Source: the human T2T-CHM13v2.0 reference genome, Homo sapiens. From it: a stretch of 64,000 bases of DNA. The stretch is from the NCBI RefSeq assembly GCF_009914755.1, contig NC_060947.1; one strand, given 5' to 3'. Below the pieces are notes generated by a model, which was given only the letters and a program-made list of their open reading frames with translations, did not search any database and was not told the origin of the DNA. Shown in pieces: positions 17,151 to 31,297 of this stretch. Numbering within the stretch: position 1 is the stretch's first letter; each line of letters opens with the position of its first letter. The position numbers and the translations under genes are program-made.

Positions 17151-18696
17151 TAGTTAATTTTTGTATGTGGTGAGAAGTGTCCAGTTTCATTCTTCTACAT
17201 ATAGGAAGCCTGTTTTCACAAAACAATTAACTGAATAGGGAGTCATTCCCTCATTATTTTTGTTGCCTTGTTGAATATCAGTTGGTTGTAGGTGTGGAGA
17301 TTTATTCCTGGGCTCTCTATTATGTTCCATTGGTTTGTGTTCCATTTTTGTACTATTATCATGCTGTGGCCACATGGTATAGTTTTATGTTAGGTATTGC
17401 AATGTATTCAGCTTTGTTTGTTTGCTTAGGCTTGCTTTGCCTATTTTTTTTTTCTTGTTCCATATTAATTTTAGAGAAGTTTTTTCTAATTCTGTAAAAA
17501 ACAACCTTGGTAATTTGATTAAGATAGTATTTAATCTGTGGATTGCTTTGGGCAGTATTGACATTTTGATGATTTTGATTCTTCCAATCCATGAGGATGG
17601 AAAGTTTTTCTATTTGTTTGTGTCATTTCCAATTTCTTTCAACAGTATTTTGTAGTTCTCCTTGTAGAGATCTTTTACCTCTCTGTTTAAATGTATTCCT
17701 AGAATTTTTTTTTTTGCTATTTTAAATGGCAGGGCATTCTCCATTTGTTTCTCAGCTTGAATTTTATTCGTGTATAAAGAAATGCTACTCATTTCTGTCT
17801 ATTACTTTTGTATTCTGAAACTTTACTGAAGTTGTTTATTAGGCCTAAGGCTCTTTTGACATGATCTTTTTGGTTTTCTAGGTATAGGATCATATTGTCA
17901 GTGAAAAGAACTAATTTGGCTTATTGTTTCTTATTTGGATGCATTTTCCTTCTTTCTCTTGCCTGATTGATCTGGCTAGGACTTCCAGTACTATGTTGAC
18001 TAAGAGTGATGTGAGTGGACATCTTTGATTGTTCCAATTCTAAGGCAGAATGCTTGCAAATTTTGCCCATTCAGCATGATGTTGGCTGTGGGTTTGTCAT
18101 AGATAGGTCTTATTATTTTGAGGTATGTTGCTTCAATGCCAAGTTTGTTGAGGGTTTTTATCATGAAGGGATTTTGAATTTTACTGAATTCTTTCTTTGC
18201 TTCTACTGAGGTGATCATATGGTTTTTGCTTTTTATTCTGTTTATGTGGTGACCCTTGTGTATGGTGAAACTTCCTTGCATCCAAGGCATAAATCCCACT
18301 TGATCATAGTAAATTACCTTCTTGATGTTCTGCTGAACTTCTTTTGGTAGTATTTTTTGAGGATTTTTGCATGTTTATGCATCCAGGATATTGGCCTGGA
18401 GTTTTTTTTTCTGTGTTATATCTTTGACAGACTTTAATATCAGAATAATACTGGTTTAATAGAGTGAGTTAGGAAGGACTCTCTCCTCCTTGATTTGTTG
18501 AAATACTTTCTTAAGGAGTAGTAACAGCTCTTTGTACATCTTGTTGAATTTAGCTGTAAGTTTATCTGGTTCTTGGGTTTTTTTTAGGATTGGTAGATTT
18601 TTTTAAATTACTGACCCAATGTTGTGACTCAATATTGGTCTATTCAGGGTTTCAATTTTGTTCTGGTTCAATCTTGAAAGGCTGTGTGTTTTCAAG

Positions 18697-21221
18697 TGAT
18701 GTGGTTTTGTTGTGTCCCCACCCAAATCTCATCTTGAATTGTAGCTCCCATAATACCCATGTGTCATGGGAGGGACCCAGTGGAAGATAATTGAATCATG
18801 AGGGTGGGTCTTTCTTGTGCTGTTCTCATGATAGTGAATAAGTCTCATGAAATCTGTTAATTTTATGAAGGGAGGTTTCCTACACAAGGTTTTTTTTTTT
18901 TTTTTCGCCATACAAAACGTGACTTTGATTCTTATTTGTCTTCCACCATGATTGTAAGGCCTCTGCAGCCATGTGGAACAGTGAGTCAATTAAACCTCTT
19001 TTCTTTATAAATTACACAGTCTGAGGTATGTCATTATCAGCAGCATTAGAACAGACTAATACAATAAATTGGTACTGGTAGAGTGGGGTACTACTGTAAA
19101 AATACCCAAAAATGTGGAAACAACTTTGGAACTGGGTAACAGGCAGAAGTTGAAACAGTTTGCAGGGCTCAGAAGAAGAAAGATGTTGGAAAGTTTGGAA
19201 CTTCCTAGATACTTTTTGAATGGCTTTGACCAAAATGCTGAAAGTGATATGGACAATGAAGTCCAGGCTAATGTGGTCTCAGATAAAGATGAGGAACTTG
19301 TTTGGAAATGGAGCAAAGGTGACATTTGCTATGTTTTAGCAGAGAGACTGGCGGCATTTAGCCCCTGCCCTAAAGATCTGTGGAGCTTTGAACTTAAGAG
19401 AGATAATTTAGGGCATCTAGCACAAGAAATCTCTAAGCACCAAAGCATTCAAGAGGTGACTTGGGTACTGTTGAAAGCATTTAGCTTTGTATATTTACAA
19501 ATACATGGTTTGGAATTGTAACTAATGTTTTAAAGGGAAGCAGAGCATAAAAGTTTAAAATATTACAAAAAATTAGCTGGGCGTGGTGACGGGCACCTTT
19601 AGTCCCAGCTACTCGGGAGGGTGAGGCAGGAGAATGGGGTGAACCCAGGAGGCGGAGCTTTCAGTGAGCCGAGATCACGCCACTACACTCCAGCCTCGGT
19701 GACAGAGTGAGACTTCGTCTCAAAAAAAAAAAAAAAAAAAAAAGTTTAAAATATTTCCAGGCTGGTGATATCATAGAAAATAAAAACCCATTTTCTGAGG
19801 AGAAACTCAAGCCAGCTGCAGAAATTTGCGTAAGTAATGAAGAGCCAATGTTAATCACCAAGACAATGGGAAAAATGTCTCCAGGGCTTGTCTGAGGTCT
19901 TCACGGCAGCCCCTCTCATCGTGAGCCAGAAAGCCTATGAGAAAAAAAATATGGTTTCATGGGCCTGGTCCAGGGCCTTGCTGCTTTCTGCAGTCTCAAG
20001 ACTTGGTGCCCTGTGTTCCAGCCATGGCTAAAAGAGACTAACATAGAGCTCAGGCCATTGCTTCACAGGGTGCAAGCCTTAAGCATTGTTAGCTTGCATG
20101 TGGTGTTGGGCCTGTGAGTGCACAGAAGTCAAGAATTGAAGTTTGGGAACATCTGCTTAGATTTCAGAGGATATCCTTCTGGATGTCCAGGCAGAGGTCT
20201 ACTGCAGGGGTGGAGCGCTCATAGATAACCTCTGCTAGGGCAGTGCAGAAAAGAAATATGGGGTGCAAGCTCCCACACAGAGTCCCCACTGGGGCACTGT
20301 CTAGTGGAGCTGTGAGAAGTGGGACAGCGTCCTTTAGACCCCAGAATGGTAGATCCACCAACAGCTTTCACTGTGTGCCTGGAAAAGCCACAGACATTCA
20401 GTGCCAACCCATGAAAGCAGCAGGGAGGGGAGTTGTACCCTGCAAAGCCACAGGGACAGAGCTGCCCAAGACCATGGGAACCACGTCTTGCATCAGCATG
20501 ACCTGGATGCGAGACACGGAGTCAAAGGAGATCATTTTGGAGCTTTAAGATTTGACTGCCCCACTGGATTTCAGACTTGCATGGGGCCTTCAGCCCCTTC
20601 ATTTTGGCAAATTTATCCCATTTGGAATGGATATATTTACCCAATGCCTGTACCCCCATTGTATCTAGGAAGTAACTAACTTGCTTTTGATTTTATGGGC
20701 TCATAGGTGGAAGAAACTTGACTTGTCTCAGATAAGACTTTGGACTGTGGACTCTTGAGTTAATGATGAAATAAGTTAAGACTTTGTGGGACTGTTGGAA
20801 AGGCATTATTGGTTTTGAAATGTGAGGACATGAGATTTGGGAGGGGCCAGGTGCGGTATGATATGGTTTGGCTCTATCCCCACCCAAATCTCACCTTGAA
20901 TTTTAGCTCCCATAATTCCCATGTGTCATGGAAGAGAACTGGTGGGAGGTAATTGAATCATGGGGGTGGGTCTTTTCCATGCTGTTCTCATGATAGTGAG
21001 TAAGTCTCATGAGATCTGACAGTTTTATAAATGGAAGTTTCCCTACACAAGCTCTCTTTCCTGCCACCTTGTTAGATGTGACTTTGCTCCTCATTTGCCT
21101 TTCATCATGATTGTGAGGCCTGCCAGCCATGTAAAACTGTAAGTCAATTGACCCTCTTTCCTTTTTAAATTACCCAGTCTCAGGTATGTCTTTATTAGCA
21201 GCATGAGAACAAACTAATATA
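18697..21221 (+). mobile_element. Complete THE1B MaLR: 5' LTR 18697-19063, internal, 3' LTR 20859-21221
   Basis: Two ~365-bp LTRs (tgatatggtttgg...ccccacccaaatctca...actaataca) flanking a THE1-int region. Confidence 0.92.
19565..19740 (+). mobile_element. 5'-truncated AluY (right monomer) inside THE1B-int
   Basis: agaatggggtgaacccaggaggcggagctt AluY-type arm; 16-bp TSD aaaagtttaaaatatt. Confidence 0.88.
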
Positions 21222-21783
21222 CTAGAAATTTATCCATTTCATCTAGTTTTTTTTAGTGTACATAGAGTTGTTAAAAGTAGTCTCTGAGGATCTTTTGTAT
21301 TCCTGTGGGATCAGTTGTAATGTCATCTTTGTCATTTCCAATTGTGCTTATTTGAATCTTCTCTCTTTTTCTTTATTAACCTAGCAAGCACTTTATAAAT
21401 CTTGTTTAACCTTCAAAAAACCAATTTTTAGTTTTATTAAATCTTTGTATGTTTTTGCTGGGTCCAATTTCATGCTGTTCTCTTCTAATTTTAGTTATTT
21501 CATTTATTTTTGCTAGCTTTGGTTTTAGCTTGTTCTAGCTTTTCTAGTCCCTTTAGGTGAAATGTTGGATTGTCAATGTGAGATCTTTCTGCCTTCTTAA
21601 TGTAGACATTTATTGCAAATAACATTCCTCTTAACACTGCTTTTGCTTAATCCCAGAAGTTTGGTATATTGTGTCTCTATTTCATTTGTTTCAAAAGACT
21701 TTTGAAACTTTTGATTCCTGCCTTAATTGACTTGTTTCCCCAAAAGTCATTCAGGAACAAGTTTAGCCTCCATAAATTTCTGT

Positions 21784-21923
21784 TTTTTTATTGTTTTTTT
21801 TTATTTTTGTGGGTACGTAGTAGATGTATATATTAATGAACTACATGAGATATTTTGCTATAGGTGTGCAATGTGAAGTAATTACATCATAGAAAATAGG
21901 TTATCTATCCCCTCAAGTATTTA
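21784..21923 (-). mobile_element. Short L1MA-type 3' end inserted in the host L1
   Basis: T-tail followed by tttgtgggtacgtagtagatgtatatatt...catcatagaaaatagg...cccctcaagtattta. Confidence 0.75.
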
Positions 21924-22468
21924 CTATTTGTGTGGTCTGAGAGTTCCTCTTGGTTTTATTTTTATTTTTATTCCACTGTGGTCAGAGAAAACGCTTGGTA
22001 TAATTTCAATTTCTTTGAAATTTTTGAGACTTGCTTTATGACCAAGCATGTGGTCAATCTTTGAGTATGTTCCATACACAGATGAGAAGAGTGTATATAT
22101 TGTGATTGTTGGGTGAAGTATTCTGTAGATGTATATTAGGTCCACTTTGTCAAGTGTTGAAATTAAGTCCAAAATTTCTTCATTAGTTTTCTGTCTCAAT
22201 GATCTAATGCTATCAGTGAGGTGTTGAATTTCCCCATAATAATTGTGTGGCTAAGTCTTTTCTTAGGTCTAGTAGAAATTAATTAGAAATTAATTATTTG
22301 TTAATTATAAATTATAAAGTAATTTATAAAACTGGATGCTCCAACATTGGGTGCATATATATTTAGGATAGTTATATCTTCTTGTTGAATTGAACCCTTT
22401 ATTGTTATGTCATGTCCTTCTCCATCCTTTTTTACTGTTGTTTTAAATTCTTAATTTCTGATACAAGA

Positions 22469-22894
22469 TGTGATGGTTAATACTGAGTGTCAACTTGATT
22501 GGATTGAAGGATGAAAAGTATTGATTCTGGGTGTGTCTGTGAGGGTGCTGTCAAAGGAGATTAACATTTGAGTCAGTGGGCTGGGAAAGGCAGACCCACC
22601 CTTAATCTAGATGAGAACCATCTAATCACCTGTCAGCACAGCCAGGATATAAAGCAGGCAGGAAAACGCAAAAAGGTTAGACTGGCTTAGCCACCCAAGC
22701 TAAATCCTTCTCCCATACTGGATGCTTCCTGCCCTCGAACATCGGACTCCAAGTTCTTCAGTTTTTAGATTTGGATTGGCTTTTCTTGCTCCTCAGCTTG
22801 CAGAAGGCCTGTTGTGGGATCTTGTGTTCATTTGAGTTAATACTACTTAATAAACTCATATATATACACACACATATATATACATATATATACA

Positions 22895-22934
<40 letters not shown>

Positions 22935-25900
22935 TCTATTAGTTGCGTCCCTCTAGAGAACCCTGACTAATACAGATTTTGGTACCAGGAGTGGTTCTAG
23001 AGAAAGAGAATACTAAGGATGGAGTTCTTTTTTTTGGTTTTGGGGTTTCTGGAGTTGGCTGCTTAATGTGATTAGACCCCAAAATGCTGAGGACTCTACT
23101 TCTAATAGTATGGAGAACACTGATAGTCCTTGGTGTGAACTGTTTAGAGAGTTATGCAAAGTAAATGCAGTTGACGCTCCTGATTCACCATTTGTTAGAG
23201 GCAAGAAGTTAGTGACTCTATACCTATTATCTTTGACCATATGTGGAGAACCAAGGAACATAATGAAGCTGGTTGGTTTCTCCTAAGTTCTGTGTACAAA
23301 GTGATGAAAGAAAATGATAAACTCAGGGATTCTAACTTTCAGTTTCAGAAGCAGATACTGAGCCTCAAATCTGCTAAGATTGCCTCGAGAGTTTTATTTC
23401 CCGCACAGAAAGAGCTGAAATTGCAGACAAACAGACACAGACTCTTACCATGAGAGTGGCTGACCTGCAATGAAAGGTGCATGCACAGCCTCGCCAGGTG
23501 TCTACTGTTAAAGTGAGGGCATTGATTGGAATAGAATGGTACCCTGCAACTTTGAATGGTGACAGGTGGTAGGACCTTGATGAAGCTGGGGACATTGAGT
23601 TTGTAAACTCAGATAAACATTTTTTTTTGCCAGAAGAAGCAGCTTCCCCATCTCCAGTAGTGGAAACACCTGCTTGCCGACTCATGCTGCCATCAACCTT
23701 TCCACCTTTTTCTGAGGAGATAAACTCTGTGCTTCCTAAGGTAAGAGTGATGGCCTCCCCTGAGCTTGTTGCCAGGCAAAATAATGTTGATTCTTCTCAG
23801 TAGCTATTCCCGACACCTCTGTTTGCTTCTAGATCTGTAACTAGACTAAAGTCCCAGTAAGCCCCGAGGTGAGGTTCAGAGTGTGACCCATGAGGAGGTG
23901 CACTACACTTGAAAAGAACTGCTTGAATTTTCTAATTTATATGAGAAGAAATCTGGAAAACAGGCATAGGAATGGATATTAAGGGTGTGGAATAATGGTG
24001 GAAAAAACATAGAGTTGGATCAGGCTGAATTTATTGATTTGGGCCCGGTAAGTAGGGAATATGCATTTAATGTTTCAGCTCTGGGAGTTAAAAAAAAAAT
24101 TCCAATAGTTTATTTGCTTGGTTAGCTGAAATATGGATTAAAAGAAAGCCCACTGTGAGTGAGCTGGAAATGCCTGATCTCCCTTGGTTTAATGTGGAGG
24201 AAGGGATCCAAAGGTTTATCGAGATTGGGATGGTGGTGGGGATTAGTCTCTTTAAACCTACTCATTTCAGCTGGGAAGGTCCAGAAGATATACCCTTGAA
24301 AAATGCTTTGTGAAATAGATTTGTGATGGCAGCACCTGCATCTTTGAAGAGCCCTGTAGTTGCTCTTCTTTGTGTGTCAGATCTAATAGTGGGAAGCACA
24401 GTCACTCAACTACAAAATTTAAATACAATGGGAATAATTGGATCTCGAGGTTGCAGGGGCCAAGTGGTGGCACTCAATCATCAAAGGCAAGGTGGGCATA
24501 GCTACCATAATGGACAGCAGAGGAAAAGCAGCAATTAGAATAGTCTGACTCATTTAGAGATCTGGCATTGGCTAATTAATCATGGTGTTTTCAGAAGTGA
24601 AATTTACAGGAAGCATACTGCATTCCTACTTAACATATATAAGAAGAAAACTTCCAGGGTGAAGGGACAAAAGACTAATTTGATTTATAAAAACAGAGAT
24701 TCATGGCCTTTCATTCAGTTTCCAGACTTGAGCCAGCTTGCAGACCCAGAACCCCTTTAATAGAGGGTAGGCTGGCTCCAGTTGAGTAAGGACCCCACTA
24801 CACTACTGACAATTTATGCAGTTAATCTTTCTCCCATCATTCCCCAAGGAGACCACTAACCTTTTACCAGGGTAACTGTGCATTGGGGAGAAGAAAATGA
24901 TCAGACATTTCAGGGATTACTGAACACTAGCCCTGAGCTGATACAGAATCCAGGGGACAAAAAACATTATTGTCATCCTCCATTTAAGGTAAAGGCTTAT
25001 GGAGGTCAGGTAATCAATGAAGTTGTAGATCATGTCTGACTTACAGTGGATCCAGTGGGTTCCTGGAGCCATCCTGTGGTCATTTTTCCAGTGACAGAAT
25101 GCATAGTTTGCATTGACATACTTAGCAAGTGGCAGAACCCCCACATTGGCTCTCTGGCTGGTAAGGTGAGGGCTATTATGGTGGGAAAGGCCAAATAAAA
25201 GCCGTTAGAGCTACCTCTACTAGAAAAATAGTAAATCAAAACAATATCGCATCTCTGGCGGGATTGTGGAGATTAGTGTTACCATCAAAAACTTGAAAGA
25301 CACAGGCGTCGTGATTCCCACCACATCCCTGTTCAACTCTCCCATTTGTCCTGTGCAGAAGACTGAGGGATCTTGGAAAATGACAATGGATTATCATAAA
25401 TTTAACCAAGTGGTGACTCCATTGCAGCTGCTGCCCCAGATGTGGTTTAATTGCTTGAGCAAATTAACACATCTCCTGGTACCTGTTACACAGCCATTGA
25501 CTTGGCAAATGCTTTTTTCACCATTCCTGTCTCTAAGGCCCACCAGAAGCAATTTGCCTTCAGTTGACAAGGCCAGCAATATACCTTTACTGCCTTACCT
25601 CAGGGGTATATCAACTCTCTGGCTTTCTGTTATAATCTTATTCAGAGAGAACTTAATTGCTTTTTGCTTCCACAAAATATCACACTGGTCCATTACATCG
25701 ATGACATTTTGCTGATTGTTTCCAGTGAGCAAGAAGTAGCAAACACACTGAACTTATTGCTGAGGCACTTGCATGCCAGAGGATAGAAAATAAATCTAAC
25801 AAAAATTCAAGGACCTTCTACCTCAGTAAAATTCCTAGGGGTCCAGTGGTGTGGAGCCTGTTGAGATATTCCTTCTAAGGTGAAAGATAAGTTGCTACAT

Positions 25901-28900
25901 TTTGCCCCTCCTTCAACCAAGAAGAGGCTCAATGCCTAGTGGGCCTATTTGGATTTTGGAGGCAACACCTTCCTCATTTGGGTGTGTTACTTCAGCCTAT
26001 TTTACAAGTGACCTGAAAGGCTGCCAGTTTTGAGTGGGTTCCAGAACAGGAGAAGCTCTGCAACAGGTCCAGGTTGCTGCGGAAGCTGCCCTGCCACTTG
26101 GGCCATATGGCCCAGCAGATCCAATGGTGCTTGTGGTGTTAGTGGCAGAGAGGAATGCTGTTTGGAGCCTTTGGCAGGCCTCCATAGGTGAATCACAGCA
26201 AAGTCCTCTAGGATTTTAGAGCAAGGCCCTTCCATCTTCTGCAGATAACTACTCTCCTTTTGAGAGACAGCTCTTGGCCTGTTACTGGGCTTGGGTGAAA
26301 ACTGAACATTTGACTATGGGTCATCAAGTCACCATGTGACCTGAGCTGCCTATCATGAACTGGGTGCTTTCTGACCCATCTAGCTATAAAATTGGTCATG
26401 GACAGCAGCATTCTATCATCAAATGGAAGTGGTATATATGTGATAGGGCTCAACTAGGTCCTGAAAGCACAAGTAAGTTACATGAGGAAGTGGCTCAAAT
26501 GCTCATAGTCTCCACTCCTGCTACTTTGCCTTCTCTTCCCCAGCCTGCTCCAATGGCCTCATGGGGAGTTCCATATGATCAGTTGACAGAGGAAGAGAAT
26601 ACTAGGGCCTAGTTCACAAATAATTCTGCAAGGTATGCAGGCCCCACTTGAAAGTGGACAGCTGCAGTACTACAGACCCTTTCTAGGACATCACTGAAGG
26701 ACAGCACTGAAGGAAAATCTTTCAAGTGGGCAGAACTTCAAGCAGTGTACCTGATTGTGCACTTTGCATGGAAGGAGAAATGGCCAGATGTGTCATTATA
26801 TACTGATTCATGGGCTGTAGCCAATGGTTTGACTGTATGGTCAGGGACTTAGAAGAAGCATGATTGAAAAATTGGTGACAAAGACATTTGGGGAAGAAAT
26901 ATGGGGATGGAGCTCTCTGAGTGGTCAAAAAATATGAAGATGTTTGTATCCCATGTGAGTGCTCACCAATGGGTGACCTCAGCAGAGGAGGATTTTAATT
27001 ATCAATTGGATAGGATGACTCGTTCTGAAGATACCACTTAGCCTTTCTCCTCAGCAACCCGTCATTGCCCAGTGGGCCCATGAACAAAGTGGACAGGATG
27101 GCAGGGATGGAGGTTATGCATGGGCTAAGCAACATGGACTTCCACTCACCAAGGCTAACCTGGCTACGGCCACTGCTGAGTGCCCAATTTTCCAGCAGCA
27201 GAGATCTAACACTGAGCCCTTGATATGACACCATTCCTTGGGTGATCAGCCAGCCACCTGGTGGCGAGTTGATTATATTTGACCTCATTCATCATGGAAA
27301 AGGCAGAAGTTTGGAATAGACACTCTGGATACGGTTTGCCTCTCCTGTGCACAATGCTTCTGCCAAGACTACCATCCATGGACTCATGAAATGCCTTATC
27401 CACAGTCATGGTATTACACAGCATTGCCTCTTACCAAGGCACTTACTTTACAGCTAAATAAGTGTGGCAGTGGGTTCATGCTCATGGAATTCACTGGTCT
27501 TACCATGTTCCCCATCAGCCTGAAGCAGCTGGATTGAGAGAACAGTGGAACGGCCTTTTGAAGTAACAATTACAATGACAACTAGGCAACAATAATTTCT
27601 AGGGCTGGGGCAAAGTTCTCCAGAAGGCCATGTATGCTCTGAATCAGTGTCCAATATATGATACTGTTCCTCCCATAGCCAGGATTCATGGGTCCAGGGA
27701 TCAAGAGGTGGAAGTGGAAGTGGCACCACTCATCATCAACCTTAGTTATCCACTAGCAAAATTTTTGCTTTCTGTTCTCACGATATTACGTTCTGCTTGC
27801 CTAGAGGTCTTAGTTCCAGAGGGAACTGCTGCCACCAGGAGATAAAACAACAATTCCATTAAACTGGAAGTTAAGATTGCCAACCAGACACTGTGCTCCT
27901 CCTACCTTTAAGTCAACAGGTTAAGAAGGCAGTTACAGTTCTGGCTGCAGTGATGGACCCAGACTATCAAGAGAAAATCAGTCTACTACTCCACTACTAA
28001 GGTAAGAAGGAGTATGCATGGAAAACAGGAGATCCATTAGGGCATCTCTTAGTATTACATGCCCTGTGATTAAGATCAATGGGAAACTACAACAGTCCAA
28101 CCCAGGCAGGACTACAAATGACCCAGACCCTTTGGGAATGAAGGTTTTGGTCACTCCACCAGGAAAAATACCGTGACCTGCTGAGGTGTTTGCTGAAGGC
28201 AAAGAAAACACAGAATGTGTGGTAAAAGAATGTAGTCATCAATACCAGCTACAACCACATTACCAGCTGCAGAAATGAGGGCTGTAATTGTGATTAGTAT
28301 TTCCTCCTTCTTTTGATAAAAACATGTTTGTGCATGTATACCCTTATACTAAGAAAATATCTTCAAATATCTTCATTTTATTTCCTCTTTTCTTTATAAT
28401 GTAACATAATATTTGTTGACTTCATATCAGCATTTAAGTATTGTTAACTTTATGTAATAGCATTTGGATTGGGGATTGGTGTGTTTCCAGTTGTACAAAG
28501 GATAGTTGTCTTATGTTAGGTGTAACTATGACCTTACTACTGTCTTTATTAGAAGATTACTTATGATCTCAGGAGATATGTATGGGTTCAAGTTGACAAG
28601 AGGTGGACTTGTGATGGTTAATACTGAGTGTCAACTTAATTGAGTTAAAGGATGCAAAGGATTGATCCTGGATGTGTCTGTGTGGGTGTTGCCAAAGGAG
28701 ATTAGCATTTGAATCAGTGGGCTGGGAAACGCAGACCCACCCTTAATCTGGGTGGGCACAAACTAATCAGCTGACAGCACAGCCAGGATATAAAGCAGCC
28801 AGAAAAATGTGAAAAGGATAGACTGGCTTATCTTCCCAGTTTACATCTTTTTCCCATGCTGGATGCTTCCTGCCTTCGAACATCAGACTCCAAGTTCTTC

Positions 28901-29044
28901 AGTTTTAAAATTTGGATTGGCTTTCCTTGTTCCTCAGCTTTCAGGTGGCCTATTGTCGAACCTTGTGATCATGTGGGTTAATACTACTTAATAAACATAT
29001 ATATATATCCTGTTAGTTCTGTCCCACTACAGAACCCTAATACA
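22469..29044 (+). mobile_element. Complete HERV-L provirus with MLT2A LTRs (5' 22469-22974; 3' 28610-29044)
   Basis: LTRs tgtgatggttaatactgagtgtcaac...taataca; PBS-like tggtaccaggagtgg; PPT; 5-bp TSD caaga/caata; ~5.6-kb internal region without env. Confidence 0.95.
23060..28290 (+). pseudogene. HERV-L gag-pro-pol-dUTPase remnants (multiple stops and frameshifts)
   Basis: RT motif YIDD (tacatcgatgac, 25694-25705), FNSPICPVQK..GSWKMTMDY, RNase H YTDS, integrase and dUTPase-like IPLNWKLRL. Confidence 0.85.
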
Positions 29045-30950
29045 CAATAATGGTAACCTCTGCACTTTTTTGTTTTCCATGTGTGCATTAGATCTTTCTC
29101 CATCCCTTTACTTTGAGTCTGTGGGTATCATTACATGTGAGACAGGTCTCTTGAAGATAGAAGAATGGGTCTTGTATTTTATCCAATTTGCCACTCTGTC
29201 TTTAAGTAGAGTACTTAGGCTGTTTATGTTCAAGGTTAATATTGATATGTGAGGGTTTGTTGCTGCCCCAGTGTTGTTAGGTGGTTGCTTTGTAGTCTCG
29301 ATTCTGTAGTTTCTTTATAGGGTCTGTCGGGTATGTGCTTACATGTGCTTTTCTTGAATTAAGTATTTTTCTTTCATTTCCATGTTTAGAACTTCCTTAA
29401 GCATCTCGTGTAGGCCCAGTCTGCTGCTGGTAAATTTCCTTAGTGAACGCCGATCTAGTGAAGACTTTATTTCTTCTTTTTTATTAAGCTTAGTTTGGCA
29501 GGAGATAAAATTCTTGGATGGCATTTCTTTTAAGAATGCTAAAAATGAGTCCCCCAATCTCATCTGCCTTGTAAAGCTTCTGCTGATAAGTATTAGTCAG
29601 ATAGCTTTCCCTTTATAGGCTATATGGCCCTTTTCTATAGCTGTCTTTAAGACTTTTTCTATCACATTGACCTTGGATAGTCTGATGACTGTGTGCCTTG
29701 GAGATGGTCATCTTGTATAGTATCTCACAGGATTTATCTGGATTTCTTGTGTTTGTGTATCAACCTCTAGCAAGATTGGAAGTAATTTTGCTGAATTATA
29801 TCCTCAAATATATTTTCAAAGTTGTTTCTATCTCAGGAATGCCAATAAGTTGTAAATTTGGTAACTGATGCAAAGAACTTGTCTTCAAACTCTGAAATTC
29901 TTTCTTCTGTTTGGTCTAGTCTGTTGTTGAGACATCCAACTACATTTTGAAATTCATGTAGTGAACTTTTCAATGCCCAAAGATCTGTTTGTTTTTTTCT
30001 TAATATAGCTATGTTGTCTTTCAAATCTTAGATCATTTTTCTTTTTTTGTGTTAAATTTCAACTTCTTTTTGGATCTTGTTGAGTTTCCTTGTCATGCAT
30101 ATTCTGTTTAAGATCTAAGGCTAGAGAGCTAGTGAGCTTTGGTGGTGACAAAATACTCTGGCTTTTTGTCTTGCTGGAATTCTTGCACTGGGTCTTTCTT
30201 ATCTAAGGGAGCTGATGCTTTTTTAAAATAAATTGCTATTATTTGGATAGGGCTTTTTGATTTTTTATTTTTATTCTTGAGAGTATGACTGTGGTGTATG
30301 TTGTGTGTAATTGATTGCCTTCATTTTTGGGTGCTTTCAGAGGGACAAGGCTCTGTATGGGTTCCTTGCTTGCAGATAAGGTTATTGTGGTGGTTTTCTC
30401 AAATGTTACTAGTTGTAACAATGTATTATTTGTTCAGTCAGGTAATTCAGGCTATAGTTCCATAGATAATCTTTAAGGGTAAGAGCCAGCCCTTAGGCTC
30501 TTACTCTGCATGTGCTAGCCCTTTGTGGGGGCAGAGTCTACAGAGATATGTGAAAAACACCTTCCTCTATTGAGGCTTGCTTTGGCAGGAATGGAGCCAC
30601 TGGAGAAGCCTGAGAAGTGGCTTCCTTCAGCCCATGTTCCCTGGACCTCAATGGGAAAAGGGATTGCTGTGTCTTCAACAGTGCACCGGGGAGGGGAGCA
30701 GAGGGTGAGAAAAGACCCCCACTCCAAGTTCATTCGCTGTCTTTAATGATGCTCCCATCAGAAGCTGTTTCCCTGTTAGCATCTCCCTTGACCCAAGGGA
30801 GGCATTGGTGGGCTGTGTTACCCCCTCCACTAGGGACAGTCTGTGCTTAGAGCTAGTTCTCCAGAGGAATGAAGTCCACTTCCCTCCTACTCCTCAGAAC
30901 TGGTGGAACGTCCCCCGGTGACCAAGGGAGCTCTCTGAGTCACTGAGGAT

Positions 30951-31297
30951 TGTTGGGAGAAAGGCTGAGTGTTGGGAGAGAAGCTGAAGCAGGGTTGGGA
31001 TGTCTGCTGGACTAGCTGGCTCCTTGCTTCTAGCACTCCCATTATCTAAAGCAGCAATATGTTTTTCATTCACTTGATACAGTGTTTCCTTTCAACCCCC
31101 ACATCCTCACCACTTGTTTGTTTTTTTGAGCACCAATAAATAGCATAGGTTCCCAGAGCTCGGGGCCTTCACAGCCTCCACACTCACAGAGGCCCCCTGG
31201 TCCCACTTTCTCTCTCAAACTGTCTTTTTCTCATTCCTTTGACTCTGCCAGACTTCGTCACCCCCATGACCTGGTGTTTGGTCTGATCACCCCAACA
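30951..31297 (+). mobile_element. Solo LTR, LTR14A-like (HERV-K14/HML-1, class II)
   Basis: TGTTGGG...CCCAACA termini, 347 bp, AATAAA, perfect 6-bp TSD GAGGAT. Confidence 0.8.

Noticed and set aside
19069-19521. 150-aa ORF as a domesticated gene
   Set aside because: Lies in THE1B-int, a standard MaLR internal ORF remnant that is truncated and followed by an Alu insertion; no evidence of selection.
18958-21132. PRDM9 hotspot motif CCTCCCTNNCCAC in the THE1B LTRs
   Set aside because: Both copies are degenerate (cctctgcagccat; cctgccagccat).
30990-31020. p53 response element in the LTR14A-like LTR
   Set aside because: The first half-site core reads GATG rather than CWWG; only one imperfect half-site remains.
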